Positions 27,576 to 36,690 of a DNA stretch of 49,232 nucleotides are shown piece after piece. The DNA comes from Parcubacteria group bacterium GW2011_GWA2_49_9. GTDB taxonomy: Bacteria; Patescibacteriota; Minisyncoccia; Phycocordibacterales; UBA10002. How positions within the stretch are numbered: the first letter of the stretch is position 1; each line of letters starts with the position of its first letter. The DNA lies in contig LCQF01000006.1 in assembly GCA_001004005.1 (NCBI GenBank), positions 1 to 49,232 of the forward strand. The letters run 5' to 3'. The notes beneath the pieces are model-generated. The model did no database searches and was not told the DNA's origin. It saw only the letters and a program-made list of their open reading frames with translations. A program made the translations under genes and the position numbers.

Positions 27576-28730
27576 ATGCGAACGATATGCGCAATGACGG
27601 CCAATCGGGCGGACTTTAGCCGCATCGAAACCATACTCGAAGCGCTACAAAAACGCTCCGACGTAGAGCTTTCGCTTGTCGTGCTCGGTTCGCATATCAT
27701 GGAGCAGACGGGAAAAACGATCGAAGAGATAGAGCGGAAAGGATTTTCGATCACTGAAGTCGTCAAGAGCGGCCGGACCGGAGATACTCCTGCCGACATG
27801 GCCGCGTCGGTCGGCTCGTACATTGCGGAGCTCACGAAAGTTTTAGAGCGCCTCTCGCCCGATATCGCACTCGTGCCGGTTGACCGCTTCGAATCGCTCG
27901 CCATGGGGACCGCCGCGGCACTTATGAATATCTGCGTCGCGCACATTCAGGGCGGGGAAGTGACCGGTACCGTCGATGAAAGCATTCGCCACGCGCTTAC
28001 TAAGCTCTCGCATTTACATTTCGTTTCAACCGAAGAGTGCCGGAAACGCGTCATTAAAATGGGCGAGCCCAAGCAGTTTGTGTTTAACGTCGGCTGTGCG
28101 GGCACCGATCTTCTCTTGCGGGTTACGCCACTCTCCCGCGAGGCGACACTACAGGCGCTGAACGAGGGTGTTGCCGAAACGGAAAAGTTGGATCCGAAAA
28201 AGCCTTACCTACTCTTTTTGCAGCATCCGGTTACAACCGAATTTGGAGAGAGTGCTGCCCAGATAACCGAGACACTAGAAGCACTTTCCGGCTTTGACGA
28301 GCAACTCGTTGTGCTTTGGCCCAACATCGACGCGGGGAGCGACGCGGTGTCCCGTGCTCTCAAAAAATATCAAACCTCTTCCAAACGGCCGTTCGTTATT
28401 TTCAAGAATATCCCGTCGGGGCTGTACGCGAACGTGCTCCGAAACGCATCGGCTATGGTTGGAAATTCCTCGAGCGGCATCCGCGAAGCCTGCTACTTCG
28501 GCACGCCGGTCGTGAATGTCGGTTCGCGGCAGAACCGCCGTGAGCGGGGACACAATGTAACGGATGCCAGTTATGACCGTTCGGCAATTTCAAAAGCCGT
28601 TTCAAATCAGCTCGCGCACGGCACGTACAAACGGGAAGACGTGTACGGAGACGGAAAAAGCGGCGAGCGGGTCGCAGAGCTTCTCGCCACTGCTCCGTTG
28701 CCTCCCATTCAGAAGGTGATAACCTATTGA
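27576..28730 (+). CDS. neuC: UDP-N-acetylglucosamine 2-epimerase, hydrolysing (NeuC/LegG type)
   Basis: 'ICAMTANRADFSR', 'VAHIQGGEVTGTVDESIRHALTKLSHLHF', 'GNSSSGIREA..FGTPVVNVGSRQ.RRE'. Confidence 0.88.
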   Translation: MRTICAMTANRADFSRIETILEALQKRSDVELSLVVLGSHIMEQTGKTIEEIERKGFSITEVVKSGRTGDTPADMAASVGSYIAELTKVLERLSPDIALVPVDRFESLAMGTAAALMNICVAHIQGGEVTGTVDESIRHALTKLSHLHFVSTEECRKRVIKMGEPKQFVFNVGCAGTDLLLRVTPLSREATLQALNEGVAETEKLDPKKPYLLFLQHPVTTEFGESAAQITETLEALSGFDEQLVVLWPNIDAGSDAVSRALKKYQTSSKRPFVIFKNIPSGLYANVLRNASAMVGNSSSGIREACYFGTPVVNVGSRQNRRERGHNVTDASYDRSAISKAVSNQLAHGTYKREDVYGDGKSGERVAELLATAPLPPIQKVITY

Positions 28731-28734
28731 AACC

Positions 28735-29676
28735 ATGACCTGTGTCATTTGCGGCTCAACCAAACAAAGCGTCATCCGCGACACCCTTCGGTATGGGGTG
28801 AAGCGCGATGTCCTCCGTTGTTCGAAATGCGGACTCGTCTTTCTTGCCTCGCAGAAAGGGACGGACACCTATTATGCAGGCAAGGAGTACCGCAAACGCC
28901 ACGGTCCGACTCCCGGCAAGGCATCCTCAATGCGCGAGATTTTCGATGCTTATTTTCCGCACCAGGGTCCGATTGTGAAGGCGCTTAAGAACCACCTGCG
29001 ACCCGGAATGAGTGTGCTTGATGTCGGATGCTCCACCGGACACTTTCTTGCCGCCCTCAAAGGAAAGGTAAAAACTCGCGTCGGACTCGAACTCGGGCAG
29101 GACGAAGCCGCGTTTATCCGCAAGAACCTTGATTTTAAAGTCTATACCGAACCCATCGAATCCGCGCGTATAGACGAAGGTCCGTTCGACCTCGTCACCG
29201 CCTTTCAGGTTCTCGAGCATATTCCCGAACCTGTTTCGTTTCTCCGGGGCATCGCGAAGAATCTCAAACCAAACGGACTTCTGTATCTCGAGCTACCAAA
29301 CATCGATGACGCACTCCTTTCGGTGTTTAAGGTAAAGGGCTACGCCGATTTCTACTACCGGGAGCCGCACGTGTCCTACTATTCGAAAAACACACTTATG
29401 GCTTTGCTTCGAAAGACCGGATTCAACGGAGAAGTGAAAACGGTCCAGCGCTACAATTTTACGAATCAGATGCGCTGGATTCTTACCGGCAAACCGCAGA
29501 CGACCTTCGCGCAGGGAAACGGAACGCCGGTGCTCGTGACCGACGAAAGCGTCCCGTCAAGAATACGAGCTTCACTCAACGTTTTTTTTAAGGACGCCGA
29601 TATACGCTACCGAAAGCTTATCGAACAAAACGGAGCAGGGGACAATCTAACCTTTTTGGGGCGTAAAACGTTATAG
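28735..29676 (+). CDS. Class I SAM-dependent methyltransferase with N-terminal zinc-ribbon
   Basis: 'CVICGS...CSKCGLVF', 'VLDVGCSTGHFL', 'DLVTAFQVLEHI', 'LKPNGLLYLELPN'. Confidence 0.85.
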   Translation: MTCVICGSTKQSVIRDTLRYGVKRDVLRCSKCGLVFLASQKGTDTYYAGKEYRKRHGPTPGKASSMREIFDAYFPHQGPIVKALKNHLRPGMSVLDVGCSTGHFLAALKGKVKTRVGLELGQDEAAFIRKNLDFKVYTEPIESARIDEGPFDLVTAFQVLEHIPEPVSFLRGIAKNLKPNGLLYLELPNIDDALLSVFKVKGYADFYYREPHVSYYSKNTLMALLRKTGFNGEVKTVQRYNFTNQMRWILTGKPQTTFAQGNGTPVLVTDESVPSRIRASLNVFFKDADIRYRKLIEQNGAGDNLTFLGRKTL

Positions 29677-29723
29677 AATGTATGTCAATAAGGACTCACG
29701 CGACACTTATGGGTCGGGTTGTT

Positions 29724-31499
29724 ATGAAGAGGATTAGGTTGCAAAACCTATTTTCTTTGTGCTCCCGCGCATTCGGTCCGTATAAGGCGGCGGTTGTTGG
29801 TATGGCGATTCTTAGTTTTTTAAGCGGTACCCTTGAAGGCGTCGGCATTACTACCGTTATCCCGCTTTTTTCCGTTATCGTCGGAGGAGAAGCTACCGAC
29901 GTCATTTCACACGCGATAGCCGGCCTGTTCGCTTTCCTGCACCTCCCCTTTACGGCGAAGTTTCTGCTGGGGTTCATGGTGTGTTTGTTTTTTGCCAAAG
30001 CCGTTTTTCTTTTCTTCTCACAGCAACTTACCGCACATGTAACTTCCGACTTTGAAAAAAAGATGCGCAGTTCACTTCTGCGCCTTACCTTTACGGCGAA
30101 TTGGCCGTTTCTTTCTTCACAGAAAGTTGGGCATCTCGACCAGATGCTCACGACGGAAGTTTCCAACAGCTCAGCGATACTCCTGTATCTTAGCAACGCG
30201 ATTTTCGTGCTCGTCAACCTGTTCGTCTACAGCTTCCTTGTGTTCAATATTTCTCCTTCAATCGCCGCGCTCACAGTATTTTTCGGAGCCGTTGTCTTTT
30301 TCATCTTTATGCCGCTTATGCAGAAAACACGGATGACGTCGGAAAAAATGGTGCGCCGAAATAAGGAACTTGCCCACTACGCGAGCGAGCATATCATCGG
30401 TGCGAAAACGCTGAAGGCGATGCGTCTTGAAGAGCCTGTTTTCTTACGTGGGACATTCCTCGCCGAGAAGATGCGCGGACTCTATCTCCGGCTTTCATTC
30501 CTGAAAAACATAACCGGTGCACTCGTGCAACTCGCAGGCGTTTTCTTTGTAGTCGGCCTCTTTATTTTCCTCTACAAAACCTCGGTGTTTCAGTTCGCTT
30601 CGTTTGCCGTTGCTGTCTATGCGCTGAATAAGGTCTTCAGTAATGTTCAATTTGCCCAATCAAGCGCGCACGCGATCAGCATGCAAATACCGTATCTTGA
30701 AAGCCTTCTTCGCCATATCGACGAAGCCACGCTAAGTGGCGAGACGGAAACCGGACACGGGGATTTTTCCTTTACACATGAACTTGCCTTTAACAAAGTG
30801 GACTTTGCCTATTCCGGCAAAGATGCGGCGCTTTCCTCCGTCGGTTTTACGGTTAAGAAAGGTGACATGGTTGGGATTGTAGGTCCGTCTGGAGCCGGAA
30901 AGACCACATTGGTTGACCTACTGCTTCGCCTCATTGTGCCGCAGGCAGGAAGTATTCTTCTTGACGGAAAAGATATCAGCGATATCAGTCTCTCGAAATG
31001 GAGGGGGCATATAGGATATGTTTCGCAGGAAATATTCCTGCTGAACGATACGATTGAAAACAATATACGTTTTTACGATGCGGCCATGACCACGGAACAT
31101 ATCATTGAAGCCGCGAGGCTTGCCAATATCTACGATTTTGTTGATTCGCTTCCCGAAAAATTTAAGACCATCGTCGGTGAGCGGGGAGTCCTCCTTTCGG
31201 GCGGACAAAAACAACGCGTCGTGCTTGCGCGTGTGCTTGCTCGGAAGCGTGAAATCCTCGTGCTTGACGAAGCCACCAGCGCGCTTGATAACGAATCAGA
31301 AGTCCTGATACAGAAAGCCATTGAAGGACTTCGCGGCAGGATGACCGTACTTGTCATCGCGCATCGCCTCTCCACCGTGAAGGCTTCGGATAAGCTTATC
31401 GTGCTTGCCGAAGGGAAGGTCGTGGAAACAGGTTCGCCCGAAGCGCTTCTCAAAGACAAGGATTCGTATTTTTCCAAAGTAAATAATCTTCGAAACTGA
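29724..31499 (+). CDS. ABC transporter, fused permease/ATPase (MsbA-like exporter)
   Basis: Six N-terminal TM segments; Walker A 'GPSGAGKTT', signature 'LSGGQKQR', Walker B 'ILVLDEATSALD', H-loop 'IAHRLST'. The ORF is open from 29682. Confidence 0.92.
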   Translation: MKRIRLQNLFSLCSRAFGPYKAAVVGMAILSFLSGTLEGVGITTVIPLFSVIVGGEATDVISHAIAGLFAFLHLPFTAKFLLGFMVCLFFAKAVFLFFSQQLTAHVTSDFEKKMRSSLLRLTFTANWPFLSSQKVGHLDQMLTTEVSNSSAILLYLSNAIFVLVNLFVYSFLVFNISPSIAALTVFFGAVVFFIFMPLMQKTRMTSEKMVRRNKELAHYASEHIIGAKTLKAMRLEEPVFLRGTFLAEKMRGLYLRLSFLKNITGALVQLAGVFFVVGLFIFLYKTSVFQFASFAVAVYALNKVFSNVQFAQSSAHAISMQIPYLESLLRHIDEATLSGETETGHGDFSFTHELAFNKVDFAYSGKDAALSSVGFTVKKGDMVGIVGPSGAGKTTLVDLLLRLIVPQAGSILLDGKDISDISLSKWRGHIGYVSQEIFLLNDTIENNIRFYDAAMTTEHIIEAARLANIYDFVDSLPEKFKTIVGERGVLLSGGQKQRVVLARVLARKREILVLDEATSALDNESEVLIQKAIEGLRGRMTVLVIAHRLSTVKASDKLIVLAEGKVVETGSPEALLKDKDSYFSKVNNLRN

Positions 31500-31500
31500 T

Positions 31501-32928
31501 ATGCGGCTTTTTCTTATACAGTGGAGTGGCAAAGAATTGGGAATGATTGATGTCGTGAAGCGTTTACAGCGCGACTATACGATTGCGTATTGGGTGCTAC
31601 CCAATATCGAAAAAGAGGTGGATAAGGGAGAGTTCCCCTCGACAATCTTTCATGAACACGCAGATGCTCTTCAGGGGAAGCCAGCACCGGATGTGGACGT
31701 ATCGGGTTTCGAGCCGCCGAGCGCACAGCTGCTCGAAGAGCTCTCGACCACTGAATCAGTTGTTCTTACCATGATGAATAAGCTTCTCGGTCACCTGTCG
31801 GTTACCGAGCGCAAACGTCTCTATTACCGGATACTCGGTTATTGGTCCGGTGTCTTCAAAACACATCGCCCCGATGTGGTTATCTTTCCACTTGTGCCGC
31901 ACACAGTCTATGACCTCGTTATCTACGACCTAGCCAAGTCTTTGGGAATCCGGACCGTCATGTTTACGGCCACGCAGGACTTTATACGCCTCATGCCGAT
32001 GACCGATTTTGTTGAAGGTATTTCCAAACTTAACCGCGAGTTTACGGCACGGGAGAATGAACGGGTCACGCTTAGTGATATCGCTGTAGATATACGAGCG
32101 TACATCGCCAAACACACTGAAGCAAAGGGCGATCCCACCCCCCCGAATATGCGGAATATGAAGGAAAAGTACGGGACGAAAAAATCAGTCATTCTTGCGC
32201 GCGCGGTCAAAGACCTGACCGTATTTCAAAAAAGCTTTCACTATCTGCGCAAGCGGTTTGGCGCCAATCTAGAACGTGAATACCAGAATGTCTCGCGCAT
32301 TCCCGATCTTTCAAGGAAATTTGTCTACGTTCCGCTCCAGTTTCAGCCCGAAGCCACCACCTCGCCCCTTGGCGGTGTCTTTGTTGACCAGCGGCTTCTC
32401 ATAGAGACGCTTTCCGCAGCGCTTCCCAAAGACTGGGTTATCTACGTGAAGGAACACCCGCGCCAGTTCATCTTCTACGGCTTGAATTTTTCGCAGTATC
32501 GTTATCGGGGATATTATGAGGGTATCGCTAAACTCCCGAATGTTCGTATTGTTCCCACAGGTACGGACACATTCTCGCTCATCCAGGCCTCGCAGGCGGT
32601 GGCGCTCAATACCGGCACTGCGGGGCTTGAGGCGGTACTTCGTGGGAAGCCTGTGCTTGCGTTCGGATATGCGTGGTATAGAGGCTGTCCCGGGATATTT
32701 TCCGTTTCGGATACGGCCTCTTGCAAGGCGGTATTTGATACTATACTCTCTGGATTCTCAATTAACCGCAACAAGCTCATTACGTTTTTTGCCTGTGTGG
32801 ACCGTGTGAGCTTTAAGGGGTATGTCGAGCCACATATGCAAAAACTTTGCGGATTGAGTCCTTCGGAAAACGCGGATGCTTTGACAAAAGCACTCATTGC
32901 GGAAATAGGTCGATTGGCTTACACTTAA
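31501..32928 (+). CDS. Capsule polysaccharide biosynthesis protein family (Capsule_synth, KpsS/KpsC-like), second paralogue
   Basis: 'FVYVPLQFQPEATT', 'VIYVKEHPRQ', 'NVRIVP', 'AVALNTGTAGLEAVLRGKPVLAFG'. It aligns block by block with 15591-17099. Confidence 0.72.
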   Translation: MRLFLIQWSGKELGMIDVVKRLQRDYTIAYWVLPNIEKEVDKGEFPSTIFHEHADALQGKPAPDVDVSGFEPPSAQLLEELSTTESVVLTMMNKLLGHLSVTERKRLYYRILGYWSGVFKTHRPDVVIFPLVPHTVYDLVIYDLAKSLGIRTVMFTATQDFIRLMPMTDFVEGISKLNREFTARENERVTLSDIAVDIRAYIAKHTEAKGDPTPPNMRNMKEKYGTKKSVILARAVKDLTVFQKSFHYLRKRFGANLEREYQNVSRIPDLSRKFVYVPLQFQPEATTSPLGGVFVDQRLLIETLSAALPKDWVIYVKEHPRQFIFYGLNFSQYRYRGYYEGIAKLPNVRIVPTGTDTFSLIQASQAVALNTGTAGLEAVLRGKPVLAFGYAWYRGCPGIFSVSDTASCKAVFDTILSGFSINRNKLITFFACVDRVSFKGYVEPHMQKLCGLSPSENADALTKALIAEIGRLAYT

Positions 32929-33074
32929 TTTCTAACGCTATGATGTTTTTACATCGTTTAAAAGACAAAATAGAAGATTTTAGCTACCGTCGCATTGCCT
33001 CCTGTCTAGAAAATGATAACCTATTGAGATAACCTACTAAGGAGCACTATACATCCCAACTACTCAAGGAAAAT

Positions 33075-34115
33075 ATGACCAATCAATATACACATAAGTG
33101 CGTGTTCGTCACCGGAGGCACGGGCTCGATTGGCTGGCAAATCGTGCTTGAAGCGCTCCGGCACCGCCCAAAGGAGGTTGTCGTCTACAGCCGCGATGAA
33201 ACGGCGCAGTTCGAGCGCAAGTGGGAACTCCCGTCGGACGCGGCGGTCCGTTTTGTCATCGGCGATATCCGCGACAAAGAGCGTCTGCATGAGGCGATGC
33301 GCGGCAGCCACATCGTGTTCCATGCTGCGGCGCTCAAGCACGTGCCGATATGCGAGAGCAACCCTTCCGAGGCGGTGAAGACCAATGTTGTCGGTACGCA
33401 GAACGTGATTGATTGCGCCCTTGAACACAATGTGGAAAAAGTGATCGGCATTTCCACCGATAAAGCCGCGAACGCCAGCAACGTGCTCGGCAGCACCAAG
33501 TTCCTTGCCGAAAAACTTATGCGGGCTACGAATTTGCAGACAGGCGACCGGCAGACTAAATTCTGTTTCGTGCGGTTCGGTAATGTGCTGGGCAGCCGTG
33601 GCTCGGTGGTGCCGCTTTTTGTCGCGCAGGCGAAAGCCGGCGGTCCTCTTACGATTACCGATCCCGCGATGACGCGTTTTTTCATGACCCTTCCGCAGGC
33701 GGTAACGCTTATTTTCAAGGCTGCACAGCTTGTACGCAACCGCGAGATTTTCATCTTGAAAATGCCGACAGCCCGAATGGGGGATCTCGCGCAAGCGGTC
33801 ATTTCGCTTGTCGTTCCGTTGGGAACGAAAAGAAAGAATATCGCGATACGTGTTATCGGCATCCGGGAGGGGGAACGCACTCACGAGGTAATGCTTTCGT
33901 ATGAGGAATCTCGGGTCGCCCTTGAAACGGACGATATGTTCATTCTTTTGCCCGATTCTCATTCGTCTTCGGAACAGGGGTGGAAACAGTCCTATCCGTC
34001 TATGCGTCCGGCCCGCATCGGTGCGTATGAATCGCAAAAAGAGAAGACTCTTTCAGTTGCCGATCTCAAGAAGATGTTGGAACAGGATAACGTACTACGC
34101 CATGCAGACCTGTAA
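33075..34115 (+). CDS. UDP-N-acetylglucosamine 4,6-dehydratase, PseB/FlaA1/CapD family
   Basis: 'VFVTGGTGSIG', 'VYSRDE..Q', 'FVIGDIRDKERL', 'VFHAAALKHVP.CE.NP.EAVKTNV.GT.NVI', 'STDKAANA.NV.G.TK', 'VRFGNVLGSRGSVVPLF', 'ITDP.MTRFFM'. Confidence 0.9.
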   Translation: MTNQYTHKCVFVTGGTGSIGWQIVLEALRHRPKEVVVYSRDETAQFERKWELPSDAAVRFVIGDIRDKERLHEAMRGSHIVFHAAALKHVPICESNPSEAVKTNVVGTQNVIDCALEHNVEKVIGISTDKAANASNVLGSTKFLAEKLMRATNLQTGDRQTKFCFVRFGNVLGSRGSVVPLFVAQAKAGGPLTITDPAMTRFFMTLPQAVTLIFKAAQLVRNREIFILKMPTARMGDLAQAVISLVVPLGTKRKNIAIRVIGIREGERTHEVMLSYEESRVALETDDMFILLPDSHSSSEQGWKQSYPSMRPARIGAYESQKEKTLSVADLKKMLEQDNVLRHADL

Positions 34116-34155
34116 GATGTGCGATTCACCACAAAGAGCATACTCGTTCTCGGTA

Positions 34156-34301
34156 GTAACTCCTCACGCTCTTAACATCCCCCTTATTAAAGGGGGTGGA
34201 CGCATTCTTATGCGCCGGGGGATGTTACCGAACACCCCTCCTGCCGAAGACGGCAGTGCTCCCCTTGCTTAGGGGAGATACAGACGAGTGTGAGGGGTTA
34301 C
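34156..34301. mobile_element. MITE-like palindromic element, intergenic full-length copy (~146 bp) with 16-bp terminal inverted repeats
   Basis: 'gtaactcctcacgctc' (34156-34171) matches the reverse complement of 'gagtgtgaggggttac' (34286-34301) at 14/16. Internal hairpins are 'cccccttattaaaggggg', 'gcgcattcttatgcgc', 'ctgccgaagacggcag' and 'ctccccttgcttaggggag'. Confidence 0.75.
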
Positions 34302-34380
34302 TCTCGATAGAGTGGACACTTTGGCTACTTTGTACTATTTCATTAAACAATAGCGCGGCTCATAACGAGCACACTGTAAA

Positions 34381-35151
34381 ATGACTCGAGAAAAACTGCT
34401 TGCAAACTTAGGGGAACACATGCGGGAGCTCTATGTTACCGGAAAGTATTATGTATCGGTACCGCCGATTCCCGACAAGAACTTTGAAGAGGGGTATTGG
34501 CACACGATTATAGACCCCGACGGAAAGAAGCGCGACCGCCTTGCCGAGAAGGACCAATGTCTTGCCGATATAGACTATGTGTTTGAGTACCTGAAAACCG
34601 TGAAGCACGGTTCGGTGCTTGATGTCGGTTGCGGACTCGGTTGGTTTCTCTCCGCGTTACCCAAGGGTTGGAAAAAATACGGACTTGAGGTCTCGAAAGT
34701 AGCCGCCGAGTATGCGGCAAAGTTTGGAGATATTTTCCATGGAACACTCCTTACGAGTCGTTACAAGGAAAATATGTTTGACGTGATTTTTATGCACCAC
34801 GTCATAGAGCATCTCCCAAAGCCGGAAGATGATTTTAAAGTCATCAAACGGATACTAAAGCCTGGCGGACTGCTGATACTGGGTACCCCCGATTTTGATT
34901 CAGGTTGCGCACGTTTGTTCGGAAAAAATTACCGCCTGCTTCATGACGGGACGCATGTCAGCCTATTCTCAAACGACTCTCTTCATCGCTTTTTACGCGA
35001 CAATGGATTCAGTATAGTGCGTGTTGAATATCCGTTCTGGAAGACACGGTTCTTCACCAAAGAAAATCTGATGCGCCTTTTCAACATCCGTGTTATGTCG
35101 CCACCTTTCTACGGCAATTTTATGACTTTCTTCTGCACCAATGAAAAATAA
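34381..35151 (+). CDS. Class I SAM-dependent methyltransferase
   Basis: 'VLDVGCGLGWFL', 'FDVIFMHHVIEHL', 'LKPGGLLILGTPD'. Confidence 0.87.
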   Translation: MTREKLLANLGEHMRELYVTGKYYVSVPPIPDKNFEEGYWHTIIDPDGKKRDRLAEKDQCLADIDYVFEYLKTVKHGSVLDVGCGLGWFLSALPKGWKKYGLEVSKVAAEYAAKFGDIFHGTLLTSRYKENMFDVIFMHHVIEHLPKPEDDFKVIKRILKPGGLLILGTPDFDSGCARLFGKNYRLLHDGTHVSLFSNDSLHRFLRDNGFSIVRVEYPFWKTRFFTKENLMRLFNIRVMSPPFYGNFMTFFCTNEK

Positions 35152-35791
35152 ACCACGCATCGTGTCCGTACTGTTGGCCCGCGGCGGAAGCAAGGGAATA
35201 CCTCGGAAGAACATCATACCTCTTGGAGGGAAGCCGCTCATACAGTATACGATTGACGCCTCAATACATGGAGGAGCTGATGAAACGTGGGTCAGTACGG
35301 ACAGTGATGAGATTGCCGAAGTCTCTGAACGTCTTGGTGCGAAGATATTGAAACGACCCGCCGAACTTGCGGGCGATACGGCGTCCAGTGAATCCGCGCT
35401 CCTGCATTTCGCGGAGAATGTTGATTTTGACTGGCTTATCTTCATCCAGCCGACGTCGCCCCTCCTCCTTCCCGATGATATAAAAAAGGGAATAACGAAG
35501 ATGAAAGAAGGGAAGTACGATTCGGTTTTCAGTGCCTACGAAGAGCATTGGATGGCGACGTGGGATGAGAAAGGACAGCCGCGGGGGTGGGATATCTTTC
35601 ATCGTCCCCGTCGGCAGGATGCAGAACCAGTCTTCCGCGAGAACGGCGCGTTTTATATCACCAAAAAAGAGCATCTTCTCAAATCAAGACTTCGTTACAG
35701 CGGTATCATTGGTATCGTGGAGATGCCGTTCTATAGAAGCTTTCAGATAGATACGCAAGAGGACCTCGCCTTTGTTGAGAAAATTATATAA
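35141..35791 (+). CDS. Acylneuraminate cytidylyltransferase family, second copy (CMP-ulosonic acid synthetase-like)
   Basis: 'LLARGGSKGIPRKN...GGKPLI.YTI', 'IQPTSPLL', 'RRQD..PVFRENGAFYI'. It overlaps the upstream gene by 11 nt. Confidence 0.87.
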   Translation: MKNKPRIVSVLLARGGSKGIPRKNIIPLGGKPLIQYTIDASIHGGADETWVSTDSDEIAEVSERLGAKILKRPAELAGDTASSESALLHFAENVDFDWLIFIQPTSPLLLPDDIKKGITKMKEGKYDSVFSAYEEHWMATWDEKGQPRGWDIFHRPRRQDAEPVFRENGAFYITKKEHLLKSRLRYSGIIGIVEMPFYRSFQIDTQEDLAFVEKII

Positions 35792-36092
35792 AAGCGGTAT
35801 TGACCCCAGAGCAAGCCCTAGTTTTAAGGAACAAGCAATGCTCGTACTTTGTGGGGACAAGCCTTGCGGTAGTAAACCCTTATATCTGCGTCTAGCTCGG
35901 ACGCCATGAAAACTAAGAAGTTTTCGCGGCTTTCCCTACGGGAACGGTACACCTTTCGCCTTTGAAGACAAACGCTCAAGGTCTTGCGGAAGCTCCACGT
36001 CTTCGCTTCCTCACCTCGCTAGCCGAAATAAACAGACATAGAATTCTCTCTCCCGATTCCGGCATACGTGAGAACTCAAGCGTACCAACTCT

Positions 36093-36665
36093 TTAATCGG
36101 AAAAGGTGTCCTCTACCTCTCCGCATATCGCGTGGATAAGGGCAATCTGTACTTCCTGTATATGCGTCGTACGCGTATCGGTAAGCGCTATCGTGATGTT
36201 GGCGCATCCAGCGAGCAACCCCCCGCTATTTCCTAGAAGACACACACTTGTTATACCAAGGGTTTTTGCTTTTTCCACGGCACGGACGATATTTTTGGAG
36301 GTACCACTTGTGGAAATACCGAAAAAAATATCCTCCGGTTTTGCGAACGCTTCAAGCTGTCTCGCGAATACATCTTCAAACTTATGGTCATTGCTCCACG
36401 CGGTAATGGTTGGAGAAGAAGTGAGAGCGATGGCGGGGCGTGCTCGGCGTTCTTTCATGAATCGTCCGACAAACTCGGTGGCGAAATGCTCTGCGTCTGC
36501 CGCGCTTCCACCGTTTCCGGCGATAAGCAGTTTACCGCCTTTGGCGAAGCACTTGGAAATAAGAGTAGCCGCTGCGCTCACATTTCTCATCAATACCGTG
36601 TCTTCACGTGCCGCATCAATGGCTGCGGCCGTTTCTTTCAAATGTTGTGTAATAAAGGTTTCCAT
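36093..36665 (-). CDS. SIS-domain sugar-phosphate isomerase (GmhA/phosphoheptose isomerase-like)
   Basis: 'GGKLLIAGNGGSAADAEHFATEFVGRF', 'ISTSGTSKN', and a length of 190 aa. Confidence 0.85.
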   Translation of the reverse strand: METFITQHLKETAAAIDAAREDTVLMRNVSAAATLISKCFAKGGKLLIAGNGGSAADAEHFATEFVGRFMKERRARPAIALTSSPTITAWSNDHKFEDVFARQLEAFAKPEDIFFGISTSGTSKNIVRAVEKAKTLGITSVCLLGNSGGLLAGCANITIALTDTRTTHIQEVQIALIHAICGEVEDTFSD

Positions 36666-36690
36666 ATAGATTAGGACCTACGCAATCGGT

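Noticed and set aside
32940-33032. Small ORF 'MMFLHRLKDKIEDFSYRRIASCLENDNLLR' in the spacer before the PseB-like gene.
   Set aside because: It is only 30 codons, with no terminator, RBS or recognisable motif. It is AT-rich spacer-like sequence, so the evidence is insufficient.
33060-34037. Long antisense ORFs opposite well-supported genes (for example 33060-34037, 403-1203, 36106-36669, 45945-46802, 47942-48623, 44140-44784, 10776-11336).
   Set aside because: They lie fully within genes that have clear family motifs on the other strand. Their translations are Arg/Ser/low-complexity-rich with no recognisable domains, so they are typical shadow ORFs.
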